Positions 1 to 12,800 of a DNA stretch of 64,000 nt are shown here, in pieces (the first letter of the stretch is position 1; each line of letters begins with the position of its first letter). Under the pieces are notes generated by a model that did no database searches, was not told where the DNA came from, and was given only the letters and a program-made list of their open reading frames with translations. Source of the stretch: Felis catus (lineage: Eukaryota); contig NC_058368.1 of assembly GCF_018350175.1 (NCBI RefSeq), positions 209,252,001 through 209,316,000 on the forward strand, given 5' to 3'. The position numbers and the translations under genes were made by a program.

Positions 1-311
1 TGTCAGTGATTATTTCACTATTCTACAGAGGAAAAGAATATTTATAGTGTATTCTAGTTCATTTGTGTGAAATAACCAGAACAGGCAATCTTACAGAGAC
101 CAAGTAGATTAGCAATTACTTAGGGTAGGAGTAGGAGAGATGGAGATTGGCTACTAATAGGGAGTGGGTGAAAATATTCTAAAATTAGATTGTGGTGACA
201 GTTGCACAATACCTATGGGTATATTTTGAAAAACTAAATTGTGTACTTTAAATGGTTGAATATATCTCAGTAAAGCTGTTGAAAACACACATTCTGGAAT
301 TTCTGTTTTAG

Positions 312-409
312 TACAACTGCCAAAGTGCAGCAGAGGCTGATAGGATTCATGCGTCCTGAAAATGGAAATACCCAGCAAATGCAGCAGGAGCTGCAGAGGA
401 AGTTTCATG
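312..409 (+). CDS. NUP155: Nucleoporin 155, internal coding exon (1st in window; gene begins upstream)
   Basis: ttttag|...|gtaagt; encodes [32 protein letters not shown], matching recalled NUP155; 98 bp. Confidence 0.95.
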
Positions 410-659
410 GTAAGTTATTCCTTCTGATCAGTTAACTGAACATGCCCCCAATAAAGAGTTCTATTCAGTGAATAGAAAACAGTGGACATCTCTCAATAAG
501 ATTTAGTTTTTTGGTAACCCAAATATTTTTTATTAAAATAACATCAGTATGGTTGGGAAAAGTGGGACAATATGGATCTCTTGTATTTCCATAACTTTCA
601 ACCCATTAATTTTTTTTCCTTTCCTTTACTAGAGAACATTATACACACCTGTGTTTAAT

Positions 660-2140
660 GAGTTTTTAATTGTAAAATAGACATAAAATTTACCATTTTA
701 ACCATTTTTAAATATAGAGTTCATTGGCATTCAGTACACTCACACTGTTGTGCAGAGGTCACCACTATCCATCTCCAGAATTTTTTCCATCCTCCTCTAC
801 TAGAACTCTGTACTCATGAAGCAATTTCCCCTGCCCCAGCCCCTAACAGCCATCATTTTTGTTTGTTTTTCCTCTCTGAATTCGAGTACCTTATATACCT
901 CCTATAAGTGGAATTATACAGTGATCAGCTTTGCAACTGGCTTATTTCAGCTAGCATAATTAATGTCTTCAGAGTTCATCCGTGTTGTAGCATGCGTCAG
1001 AATTTCCTTTCTTTTTAAGACTTAATGTTATTTCACTGTATGTCTATATAGGTTTCCCCTGCTCCCTGAAAGTGGAGTGTTCCTGGGAAACCTTTCATAA
1101 GCTAAATGACATAAAATGAAGAAGCAATTACCATTCGTTGATATGGAAAAGGTTTTGAGCATTCCCAGACACAAAAAATAACCTTTCTTAGGCTTTTCTG
1201 TTCCTTAAGACACATTTTTTTAAAGTTTACTTATTTTAGTAATCTCCACACCCATCTTGGGGCTCAAACTCACCACCCCAAGATCAAGAGTATCAGGCTG
1301 TTCTATTCTTTTTTTCTGTTTTTAATGTTTATTTTTGACAGAGAGAGAGAGACAGAGCATGAGTAGGGGAGGAGCAGAAAGAATGGGAGACACAGTATCC
1401 AAAGCAGGCTCTAGGCTCTGAGCTGTCAGCACAGAGCCCTACATGGGGCTCAAACTCATGGACCACGAGATCACGACCTGAGCCAAAGTCGGAGGCTTAA
1501 CCGACTGAGCCACCCTGGTGCCCCAGAGTATCAGGCTTTTCTGACTGAGCCAGCCAGGTGCCCCACCTTAGGACACATTTAGAGATAAAACACAGATGCC
1601 CAGAGACACATTTCAAAGCTATGGCAGTTTAACGCTGAGATGCTGTGTGTGGTTTCTGGGGAGGGTGCTTGGAGGGGTGCGTGCTGCTTCTATAATGGCT
1701 CACTGCAAAACCAACAATGAATGCTGTTTTGGGGTTTTTTTCCATGAAAGCGAAAATTCTCTTTGAATTTCTTTCAGTTAATGATATAAGGTAGTAATGT
1801 AGGTCTTTCATAGAAGCAAAGTGATGTAACATGAACTTTCAAAAGGCAGAGAATACCTATACCACACTTTGTTGATCCATTCATCCGTTGTTGGTGGACA
1901 CTGGGTTGCTTGCATCTCGGAGGCATTGTGAACAATTCTGCTATGAACGTGGTGTACAAATAGAAGTTTTCAATTCTTTTCAGTTCTTTTGTTATACATC
2001 CAGACATGGAATAGCTGGATCATATGGTATTCTGTTTTTACCTTTTGAGGCACCACAATACTGTTTTCCATGCACCATTTTACATTTCTACTAGTAGTGC
2101 ACAGTGTTTCAGTTTCTTCACATCTTGATTAGTAACACAT
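660..2140 (-). mobile_element. Old L1 (L1MB-like) 3' fragment interrupted by a MITE
   Basis: Antisense L1 3' UTR motifs (aagtggaattatacagt, ttcatccgtgttgtagcatg, ggatcatatggtattctgtttt); the sequence resumes after 1861. Confidence 0.8.
1049..1859. mobile_element. TcMar/Tigger-type MITE containing two nested SINEs
   Basis: Imperfect ~24-bp TIRs (taggtttcccctgctccctgaaag / ctttcaaaaggcagagaataccta) flanked by TA on both sides; family not assigned. Confidence 0.8.
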
Positions 2141-3337
2141 TTTTCTAGAGTTAAAAATGTGAATTGAACTTTTTTTTGGTCTGTTATAAATAGTAACAAC
2201 TAAGAACAAGGGAATGGGAAACTTCTAATCATCAATTATTCCAGAAAAAGTAGGAATAATTATAAATAGTTATTTGGCCTGCCATGCAGTTTTTAAAAGT
2301 TTTTTTAATTTTATATTGTTTGAGCCACTTATTCTGACTGATAGAACTTTGCTAATTGAGACCCAGCCATTTACTTTTGTTCCTGCTAAATCTGTTTTCT
2401 GTTCACTATTTTGTATATGTTTTTTTCATCATTGCTGTTGGTATTTCACTAAGGCCTTAAGCCTGACAGTACCAAACATTGGTAAGGGTTTAAACAAAAG
2501 GGAGGATTCAAATTGTTAGCAGTGTATACTGAAATGACTATTTGGAGATCATTTTGATCATATCCTATAAAAGCTGAAAATGTATATATTCAAAGCCAGC
2601 AGTTTCACTTCTAAGGATACATCATAAAGCAGTCTTTATGAGACTTTTTTCCCCACAGTGAGAAATAATTTTACATTATGACCCTGATGTTTGAAAGCAT
2701 ACACGCACAACTGAAACAAAACTGTAGGAAATAACTACCTGTTTTATACTCTAATATTTCTTTTCTTTTTTATTGTTTCCTTTTTTTTTTTTTTCCTTTC
2801 AGGATCGCCAATTTATCTTCATTGTTTTTTGCCAGTTTATCTTAATCCAGGGTTTAAACAACATAATCCTAGAAAAATCTGTGCTTTCCAGAGACCTTTC
2901 TTAAGGATGTTTATTACACTATTGTTTTAGTAGCAAAGCATGGGAATATAAATATCCTTAAGGAGGAAGATGGACCCAACTGTGGTATACTTACATGATA
3001 GAACATCTAGTAATACTAGATTTATGTTTTTTAATATAGATAGCCTGTGAAAATGCAAGTGGATGGAAAAAGCATCAGTTTGAATTGTTTAGAAACTGCA
3101 GTGTTTTTGTCGTTTATGTGTACACACATGCACACACAAGCACATATACATAATGACAGCGTGAAATCATGAGTTCAACAAGTCATGATCATGGTTACCT
3201 ATGATAAGGGGAGGGAGGAGAACAATGAGGATTTCACCTTTAACTGTAGTTGTTTTTATTGATGTTAAAGTGTTGCCTTACTTTAAAATGAACTATGTCA
3301 TTTTTTTAAAACTTCATTAGTTGTGTTTTGTAATTAG

Positions 3338-3468
3338 AGGCTCAGCTGAGTGAAAAGGTTTCACTTCAGGCAATCCAGCAGTTGGTTCGAAAATCATACC
3401 AGGCTCTGGCTTTATGGAAACTTCTTTGTGAACATCAGTTCACTGTCATTGTAGGAGAACTTCAGAAG
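3338..3468 (+). CDS. NUP155: NUP155 coding exon (2nd in window)
   Basis: attag|...|gtagga; (E)[43 protein letters not shown]; phase matches previous exon. Confidence 0.95.
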
Positions 3469-4964
3469 GTAGGATTTTTTTTCCCCTTAAGATCATACTG
3501 TTAATACTATGCTTATTTGTTTTCTTTTGAGTGAGCTTTAGTCTTACACTTGGGTTTGAGAGGGGGTTATTTTCGGAAGTATTTAGGTTATGATGACAGT
3601 GTGTTATAGCAAGATTGGACTAAAGCATGAAAACTTGGGGGATCCACTTGGTCAAAACTGTAAGTTTTTACAATACGTGAGAACTTTATCTTGGTATGTG
3701 AATGAAATCTTTACCAAAGATTTTTTTTTTTTAATGTTTATTTTTGAGAGAGAGAGAGAGAGAGAGACAGAGCATGAGTGGGGGAGGTGGAGAGAGAGGG
3801 GGAGACAGAAAATCTGAAGCAGGCTCCAGGCCCTGAGCTGTCAGCTGTCATGTTGAACTCATGAACCGTGAGATCATGACCTGAGCCGAAGTCAGACTTA
3901 ATCAACTGAGCCACCCAGGCACCCTAAAAATATCTTTTTAAATAGATTATAACCTTTATTTGGACTTCAGATCCTCTTGGCAATCTGATCAAAACTCTCC
4001 CCACCCTCAAAGAATGCATACAGACACATACACAAAATTTTTGCATGTAATTTCAAAGAGTCCAATGAGTTAAACGTTCTTTTTTTTTTTTTTGTTTAAT
4101 TTTCTTTTTAATGTTTATTTTTGAGAGAGAGACAGAGAATTCAAAGTAGGCTCCAGACTCTGAGCTGTCAGGACAGAGCCCGATGTGGAGCTCAAACCCA
4201 TGAACCATGAGATCCTGACCTGAGCTAAAGTCAGACCCTTAACCGACTGAGTCATCCATGTGCCTCTAAACATTCTGTTTAAAGAAAGGTGTTTACCATT
4301 GTAAGAAATGAATGGTTCATATTTCTTTTGCTGTCCTCATTTGAATCCTTTTTAAGTATAATGGTAATTTGCATTTATATAAATGTTAGGCATTCCACTG
4401 GGGGGAATGTATTCCTATCTATGTTTTAATTGTGAACATTTCTATTTTTTTTTTTTTTAAGTAGGCTGCACACCTGCTTGAACTCATGACCCTGAGATCA
4501 AGGTAGAGATCACATGCTCTACCTTCTGAGCCAGCCAGGCACCCCTAATTGTGAACATCTGTGAACATCTCTAAACATACACAAGAATAAATACTACATT
4601 ACAGTCCCCATATACACTTTACTTGTATTCAGCATTTTCAAGATTTTATCAACTCTCATTAGTCTGTTCTCTATTTTCTTTACTGAATTACTTTAAGGAT
4701 GATCCTAGTCATCGTGTCATTTCATGTCTATATACTTTACTGTGTAGTTCCTTTTTTTAATGCTTAATTATTTATTTTGAGGAGTGTGCAAGCACAGGGG
4801 AGGGACAGAGAGAGAACATTCCAAGCAGTCTTATCAGTGCAGAGCCTGATACAGGGCTCGATCCCACGAACCATGAGATCATGACCTGAGCCGAAATCAA
4901 GAGTTGGACGCTCAACCAACCAAGCCACACAGGCATGCCTACTGTGTATTTCTAAAAAATGGTG

Positions 4965-5328
4965 GGATGCAAGAGCGACCTGGCTGTGACATCTGTCAGC
5001 CCCATTGATCACCACTGTTGACTTGGCCTATCTGACTGGCAAAGCAAGTGTCCCATTCTTCCCTCAACATTCAATGTGCTTTCCTTTCAAAGCTGTGTGC
5101 TCAGAGGATGATCTTCCCTGATAGAGGAGGACTATTCTTTGGTCAAGGGTATATGAATAGCTGTGCTCCCCTACTAAAATCTCCAAACAAGCTCTCAAGG
5201 TCCATTTGTAGGAGAAGTAGGTGAGTCAAGCTTCCAAGGTTCCAGACATCCAAATGAGGCACTGTATTTGTATGTGGCAGTTTGCCTGAAAAAAATAATA
5301 AATAAATAATTTTTTAATAAAATAAAAA
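4965..5328 (+). pseudogene. RN7SK: Full-length 7SK snRNA retropseudogene with A-rich tail
   Basis: Colinear with recalled 7SK from GGATG...GACATCTGTCA-CCCCATTGATC through CTCCAAACAAGCTCTCAAGGTCCATTTGTAGGAGAA to ATGTGGCAGT-TGCCT (5287); most CpGs decayed to TG/CA; A-rich tail 5289-5328; I saw no upstream PSE/TATA. Confidence 0.92.
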
Positions 5329-5716
5329 TTTTAAAGGGACATTTCTTTAGGGCACCTGGGTGGCTCAGCCAGTTGAACATCCAGCTTTTCATTTCGGCTC
5401 AGGTCATGATCTCACAGTTCATGGGATCATGCCCCAAGTCGGGCTCCATCCTGAAAGAGTGGAGCCTGCTTGGAATTCCCCCAGTTTTCACGTTCTCTTT
5501 CTCTCTCTCTAAAAAATATAAATAAAAGGAGGACGTTTCTTTGAATAACAATTTTATTATCATATTTAGCAGTATTAACAATAGGGGCACCTAGGTGGCT
5601 CAGTCAGTTGGGTAAACATCTGACTCTTGATCTCAGTATAGGTCTTAATCACAGGGTCATGAGTTCAACACCCCTCCCCCCCCCCCCCCCCCCGCTTGGG
5701 CATGGAGCCTACTTAA

Positions 5717-5720
<4 letters not shown>

Positions 5721-5770
<50 letters not shown>

Positions 5771-5784
5771 TATATATACATATA

Positions 5785-5817
<33 letters not shown>
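5721..5817. repeat. Compound (TA)n/(TG)n microsatellite in a SINE tail
   Basis: Directly visible. Confidence 0.95.
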
Positions 5818-6744
5818 GGTTTTTTGGTAAAACAAAGTTCTCTGTCTTAAAAATATCTTTTTACAGATTGAGTCTTTCAAATCAAAATCTAAATAGTTGG
5901 TTCGCTTGTTGAATTTGATTGTTATTTCTCTTAATCTCTGTCAGTCCAGAGCCATTTTCCTTTCTTTTTCCCTTGCTATTGCCAGGAAGGAATCAGGTTA
6001 TTGGTCAAAGAATGTTTAACATTCTGAAGTTATCTTTTCCTCCTTGGAGTGAACTTGTCCCTCTGTTTCCTGTATTTTCTGTAAAATGGAACTTAAGTCT
6101 ACAGAGCCTTGATTAAATTCAGGTCAGTTTATTTGAGGATGAAAAGAATACTTCGTATGAAATGGTTAGTGTGTCAGATTGTAGTTATTAGGAGACACAG
6201 AAGGTTTAATTGTACCCTTTTAGTGATACTGTTGTCCAACTTTTAGTGATACTAAGATTGATGACTGGATTTAGGTACTGCCAGTGTGAAATTCCCCATC
6301 CAACTTTCATCAATCATTTGATGAATCATTACCTGAATCAATTATTTCATTTAGGATTATAAAGTGATCATTTTCTCAATGTGTGATTTCTTCCATACTT
6401 AATCACTGTAGTCCTATGAAAAAAAATTTTTTTTCCTGGGCTCCTAGGTGGCTCAGTCATTTAAGCATCCAGCTCTTGATTTTAGCTCAGGTCAAGATCT
6501 CATAGTTGTGGGATCCAGTCCTGCAGCATGGAGCCTGCTTGGGATTCTCCCTCTCCCTCTCCCTCTCTCTCTACCCCTGCCCCACTTGCACGTTTGCTTG
6601 CTCTCCCTCCCTCTCAAAATAAATAACAACAAAAAAAATCCCTTGGGGCACTTGGGTGACTCAGCTGGCTAAACATCAAACTCTTGATTCTTGATTTAGG
6701 CTCACAGTTCATGAGATCAAGCCCTGAGTAGAGCCTGCTTGGGA

Positions 6745-6747
<3 letters not shown>

Positions 6748-6803
<56 letters not shown>
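6748..6803. repeat. (TC)n microsatellite within a SINE
   Basis: About 28 perfect units. Confidence 0.95.
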
Positions 6804-6810
<7 letters not shown>

Positions 6811-8217
6811 CTCTCTGCCCCTCCCCTGCTCACATGCTCTCTCTCTCTCTCATACACAAAATAAATAAACCTTTTTAAAAAAATTTTCCCTTATCCTCTA
6901 GTCTATTTAGTTATCCTGAAATGTTTAATTCTTGACTTTTGAGTACCAATTTTCAAAGTTAAAAGGCAATTCCCCTCATTCTTTCCAGTAGTGTCCAGTG
7001 CATAGTTTTGTTAATGGTTTTGTTTGTTTTTTGTACTTTTTTTGCCTTTTAAAAACTCAAGCAAATGTGTTTAACTATGAAAGCCATTTTTTTCCATGCC
7101 AGGTAGATTAATTTTTAGTTTTATTGGTTGGTAAACATAATGTCGGTAAATTTTAAGGCTAGATGTCTTTTTCGTGATCCATCTTCAAAGCTTCCTTCCT
7201 CACATCATGGATTTATGTTCAAGGAATGCAAATTAAATATTAGTTCAAAAAATTGGAACGTAGATTGGATTTGAGCAGAAATTTTAGAAAAAAGAAATAG
7301 TAGTAAAGCATTCAACAGAATATTTTACAGGGGCGCTTGGGTGGCTGAGTCGGTTAAGCGTCCAACTCTGGCTCAGGTCATGATATCATGGTGCGTGAGT
7401 TCGAGCCCTGTGTCGGGCTCTGTGCGGCCAGCCTGCTTTGGATTCTGTATCTCCCTCTCTCTCTGCCCCACCCCCTCATACTGTCTCTCACTCTCAAAAA
7501 TAAATAAACATTAAACAATATTTTACTATAGCATAAATCATCACAGTACTATAGAGCTCAGGTTTAATAAGCAAATTTGTTCAAAATGAGATCAAATTCC
7601 CATGTTGGAAGGCTTTAAATAGAATTCTAACATTAAGGAAAAATAAACATAAGCCCAAGATTTTTTAATATAGCTAAGTGATTATTCTTTCCTGGTTATG
7701 ACTAAAATCGGGAGACCTGTCTCTAATTTTGGTTCTGCTTAGGTTTTACTTTGCTCATTTGTAAATTGAGTCATACCATGGGTCTTCGACTCTGTATGAT
7801 TCTGTGAAAATTTGCAAAAATGGGTTGGTCTGTATAGTATATCTTCTCTTTTTAATTAAAGAGTCTATTAATGTCGGGGCACTTAGGTGGCTCAGTCTGT
7901 TGAGCATCCGACTTTGGCTCAGGTCGTCCGACTTTGGCTCAGGTCATGATCTCACAGTCAGTGAGTTAGAGCCCCGCGTAGGGCTCTTTGCTGACAGCTC
8001 GGAGCCTGGAGCCTGCTTCAGATTCTGTGTCTTCCTCTCTCTCTCTGCTCCACCCCTGCTCATGCTCTGTCTCTCAAGAATGAATAAATGTTAAAAAAAA
8101 AAAAAAAGAATCTATTAATGTCTTGGTTAATTTATTAACTATTAAGGAAATTTTATTCTGGGTGGAAAAAGGATATTCCTCTGTGATAGAAAAAAAGGAT
8201 TTTTCTCATACTTCTAG

Positions 8218-8409
8218 GAATTTCAGGAGCAACTGAAAATCACCACATTTAAAGATCTGGTCATCAGGGACAAGGAACTGACTGGGGCATTAATTGCTTC
8301 TCTTATCAACTGCTACATCAGAGATAATGCTGCCGTTGATGGCATTAGTTTACACTTACAGGACATCTGCCCCCTTCTGTATAGCACTGATGATGCAGTT
8401 TGCTCTAAG
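8218..8409 (+). CDS. NUP155: NUP155 coding exon (3rd)
   Basis: ttctag|...|gtatga; [64 protein letters not shown]; 192 bp. Confidence 0.96.
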
Positions 8410-9058
8410 GTATGATGCTTTAGTAGCTGTATCAGTATTTCTTACAGGAGGTTTCATGGTATGAAAAACCCACTAGAACTGGAATCGGGAACCGTCTTTT
8501 ACTTAACATATGAAGTCCCTTGGGTAGGTCTCTTAACCTCTCCTGGCCTCAGAGTCTTTGTGCATAAGGGGTCGGAATATATCATTTCTTAAAATCCTTG
8601 TATATTTAAGTTTTTCATAAAGAATTTTGATAGCATTTCTAGAGCATATATTTTTTAATGGTTAAGTAATGTTTCTCCTTAGAAATTAAAAATCACTAAA
8701 ACTTTAAGTCTGTAATGAATTAGAGTTAATTGGGCAATTTTTATTGATCCTTTCCTACAGGTGAAAATAATTTAAAAAATCAGTATCACAATGGACTGCC
8801 TGCTGACCAATAATGTATTGACTAGGCAAGAGATTTACCAGTCAAAAGCTATCTTGATTTAAATATTTGTGAGAGGAATTAAGAATAGCTAGGATTTTTT
8901 GGTCAAAAATTTTTCTGCCTAAAATTAAGAAGAAGTAAGTTTGTAGAGTTTTTATTTTTTGATGAGATTTATATTGAGATACAGATCAAAACTTGTGTTG
9001 ATAGCATCATCTGTGTGCTGAATTTTATATCTTAAGTTCTTGTCATCTCTAATTCTAG

Positions 9059-9197
9059 GCAAATGAACTTCTGCAGCGTTCCCGACAAGTTCAAAATAAG
9101 ATTGAAAAGGAAAGAATGTTAAGGGAATCCTTAAAGGAATATCAAAAAATCAGCAATCAAGTGGACCTTTCCAATGTTTGTGCTCAGTATAGACAAG
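9059..9197 (+). CDS. NUP155: NUP155 coding exon (4th)
   Basis: ttctag|...|gtgaga; [46 protein letters not shown]. Confidence 0.96.
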
Positions 9198-10131
9198 GTG
9201 AGAAACAAAATGTTCATACCTTGTTCCTGACTCGGGGGACAAATGACGGAACAAGTTACTGATGAAGAGCTTCTTCCCAAAAGCAAATCCTCCTTCAACT
9301 TCAGTTGCCCAAGTGATACCACACAGGAAATTCATGCCTTGTGTTTTAGTATTTGATGACTGTACTAGCCTCTGCAAAATCTGTTGTGCTCTTTTTATAT
9401 CTTGAAACGTAACTTTCCCACACTGGAGTTTCAGTCCTTGTCCAGTTAAACGACTGTCTGTATTAGATAGCTTCCTGGGTTACATTTATTTTTTGGATGC
9501 TTTAAATTCTTCTAATTTTTAAAATAGTACCTGTCTGCTTACTTTAAAATTATTTTAGGGACACCTGGGTGGCTCAGTTGGTGAAACTTCCAACTCTTGA
9601 TTTCAGCTCAGGTCATGATCTCACGTTTAGTGAGATCCAAGCCCCGAGTTGGGAATCCATGCTGACAGCACGGAGCCTGCTAGGAGTTCTCTCTCTCCCT
9701 CTCTCTCTGTCCCTTCCCTGTGACATGAGGGCATTCTCTCTCTCTCAAAATAAGTAAATAATCTTTTAAAAATAAAATAAAATTACTTTAAATCAAATCT
9801 AACATGCAAAAGTAATAACTGTTAGCACAGATATTGTTTTGAACTCCGAGATATTTTTTTTTTCCATTCAGGAACTGAAACCTTCCCTTTTATTCTAACT
9901 ATGAAAATGTTTTTCCATTGAAGAAGATGCATTTAATAGCTGCATTTTAGGCATATCGATACCTTGTTCTTTGGTAGATTCACCAGACATATCTTATATG
10001 ATACTGTCATCAGGTGACCAGTGTACAGTAGAGAAATAATAGCCTTGATCAGTATTTTTATAAACCAGCTAAGGGAAAACACATCCAGCCTAGTAATAAC
10101 CCTTAACTTGGTCCTTTTCCTTTCTCATTAG

Positions 10132-10267
10132 TCCGTTTTTATGAGGGTGTGGTGGAGCTCTCTCTTACTGCTGCAGAAAAAAAAGATCCTCAGGGTCTTG
10201 GACTTCATTTCTATAAACATGGAGAACCAGAAGAAGACCTTGTGGGCCTGCAGGCTTTCCAAGAAAG
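10132..10267 (+). CDS. NUP155: NUP155 coding exon (5th), ending at a GC donor
   Basis: cattag|...AG|gcaagt; (V)[44 protein letters not shown](R); the GC donor gives the expected QERLNSY junction. Confidence 0.93.
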
Positions 10268-10840
10268 GCAAGTTTCATCACCTTAGCAGATTGTTGACTT
10301 ACAGACTTTTCTTGGTGTAAAGTTTGATTGATAGTACTGTATTAGGAAATAATATTTTAAGTACACTTATAAAATTGGATTTTGCTTTCACTTAAAAATG
10401 TCTTGTTTTAGGGGCTCCTGGGTGGCTCAGTTGGTTAAGCATCCGACTTTGGTGCAGGTCATGATCTCACAGTTTGTGGGTTCAAGCCCCAAGTTGGGCT
10501 CTGTGCTGACAATGTGGAGCCTGCTTGAGATTCTCTCTGCCCCTCCCCCATGTGCACGCATGTGGGCTCTCACTCTCAAAAATAAATAAACTTTTTTTTA
10601 AAAATGTCTTGTTTTTTTAAACTGAATTAGGATAATTCGTAGTTTAGAAGTTTTAGTCTGGTGAATATTCTTAAGGACTTGCCTCTCTAGTTTCTATAAC
10701 ACTTTATTAATGTCAATTTTAAGTGAAATAACTTGGGGCACCTGGGTGGCTCAGTCAGTTGAGTCTCTTGGTTTTGGCTCAGGTCATGATCCCAGGGTTG
10801 TGGGATCGAGCTCCAAGCTGAGCGTGGAGCCTGCCTGAGA

Positions 10841-10849
10841 TTCCTTTTC

Positions 10850-10910
<61 letters not shown>

Positions 10911-11027
10911 CTTCTCTTTCTCCTTCTCTTTCTCCTTCTCTTTCTCTTTCTCTTTCTCTTTCTCTTTCTCTTTCTCTTTCTCTTTCTCTTTCTCTTTCTC
11001 TTTCTCTTTCCCTCCCTCTCTCTCCCC
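10841..11027. repeat. Compound (TC)n/(TTTCTCCTTCTC)3/(TTTCTC)n pure pyrimidine tract
   Basis: 187 nt without a purine; expanded SINE CT region. Confidence 0.95.
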
Positions 11028-11505
11028 ACCTCCCTCCCCCACTGCCTCCCTCTGCCCCTCTCCCCAACTCATGTGTGTTCACTCTCTTAAATAAAGAATG
11101 AATGAATGAATGAATGAATGACCTAACTTATTTGGAACCATCTCTTCCCCTGCCTAATTTCTGGTTCTGGGTGAAGATGCATATTTTATTTTAAGGGATG
11201 ATTTTTAAATGTTCACAAATTAGTAATGACTGTTAAAAAATGTGTGTCCACAAAGAAAATATATAACCTATCTAAAATGTGATTTTATTGATACATTCAT
11301 TTTTATGACTTCAGTCTTTTTTGGTTAACCAGATGTTCCTAAAACCTAGAAAAAGTATACAGTTTGTATTATTTTATCCAAATATATGTGTGTACATACA
11401 TCTGTTTCCCAAAATAGTCTTCAAATTCTTCTGTGTATTTAAATTAGATAAGTCATTTGCTGTCTCATTAAATAATGCAGTTGCTCCTTTTCCATTCTTT
11501 TTCAG

Positions 11506-11659
11506 ATTAAACAGTTACAAGTGTATTACAGACACGCTTCAAGAACTGGTAAATCAAAGTAAGGCTGCTCCTCAGTCTCCCAGTGTACCCAAAAAACCTG
11601 GGCCTCCAGTACTGTCATCTGACCCCAATATGCTGAGTAATGAAGAAGCAGGACATCAT
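11506..11659 (+). CDS. NUP155: NUP155 coding exon (6th)
   Basis: tttcag|...|gtaaga; [51 protein letters not shown] (inside ORF 11321-11713). Confidence 0.96.
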
Positions 11660-11863
11660 GTAAGAGACATAGCATATTTTTATTCTGAAATTACATTGTT
11701 TAGTTCCGTGTAGTAGTGGTGACAGCTCCTCTTGGGAAAGGTAGTAGCTCTGAGAACTTAGCATTTAATGATTCTCGATTTCAGGATTTTATAAGGTTGA
11801 TGGTCATGATGTTCAGCAACAGCCTTTAACTGGTAATTTTTCCTTTTTTTTTTTTTATTTTAG

Positions 11864-11968
11864 TTTGAACAAATGCTTAAACTGTCTCAACGATCCAAAG
11901 ATGAGCTCTTTAGTATCGCCCTTTATAATTGGCTAATACAAGCTGATCTTGCAGATAAGCTATTGCAG
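11864..11968 (+). CDS. NUP155: NUP155 coding exon (7th)
   Basis: ttttag|...|gtaaaa; [35 protein letters not shown]. Confidence 0.96.
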
Positions 11969-12645
11969 GTAAAAAATACTTTTATTCTAATATTGTTAAT
12001 TTGTATTTTCAAGTAACATAACACAATGGATTAAGCATATATATATTTACAGGAAATTCATTTTCTTATCCTGAACCTACCATTAGGTGTTAGAGTAAAG
12101 CCAGGTAATGTAATAATCTTTTCCTAGTGGGCAAAATAAGTTATTGCTCTAATTTTCTCATTATTTTAAGGCTGATATGGGCTGTTTATACAGTGGGGTG
12201 GAAATCACTGGATTATGAATTAGGAGACCTAAACTTGGTGTTACCTGTGTGTTAATTCAGTATGTGACCTCACACATGTCTTTTTACTATCCTAAGTCTC
12301 AGTGTTCTTCAGTCTGTAAAATAAATGTATGACATTTGATAATGGCAAGGATGTCTTTGAGTTAAGAGTCTAGGAATCTGTAGCTCTGTTTTCAAAGTTT
12401 ATTAAGATTTATAATTGGATTGTAATTATTTTAATCAGCTTCATTTAAGTATCATAGCAGCTCTTTAACTCTGATAAAACAAAAGTCATACATATATAAT
12501 GAGAAAAACTGTCCTCTGTTGGATTATAATTTTGCTAATGTATTCATGAAACACGGCACACCTGTAGTCTTAAAATGTTATAGTTACTACATAAAGAGCA
12601 AGTAAATAGTTAGAAAATGTTTCTGAGTAACTGTATAATTTGCAG

Positions 12646-12800
12646 ATTGCTTCTCCGTTTCTGGAGCCACATCTAGTCCGAATGGCCAAAGTTGATCAAA
12701 ACAAAGTTCGTTATATGGATTTACTGTGGAGATATTATGAAAAGAACAGAAGCTTTAGTAATGCTGCTCGTGTACTGTCCAAATTGGCTGACATGCATAG
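12646..12800 (+). CDS. NUP155: NUP155 coding exon (8th)
   Basis: ttgcag|...|gtatgg; [51 protein letters not shown]. Confidence 0.96.

Noticed and set aside
4965..5287. Functional 7SK gene
   Set aside because: CpG decay, indels, an A tail instead of a T-run terminator, and no recognisable upstream type-3 Pol III promoter
10100..10107. U12-like branch sequence CCCTTAAC before a NUP155 acceptor
   Set aside because: The upstream donor is gtgaga (U2 type), not RTATCCTT, and a normal pyrimidine tract is present; no intron in the window has a U12 donor
10687..11082. Poly-RE, poly-EK and poly-KR ORFs; likewise poly-R at 39826 and poly-P/G/L at 59205-59485
   Set aside because: Translations of microsatellites
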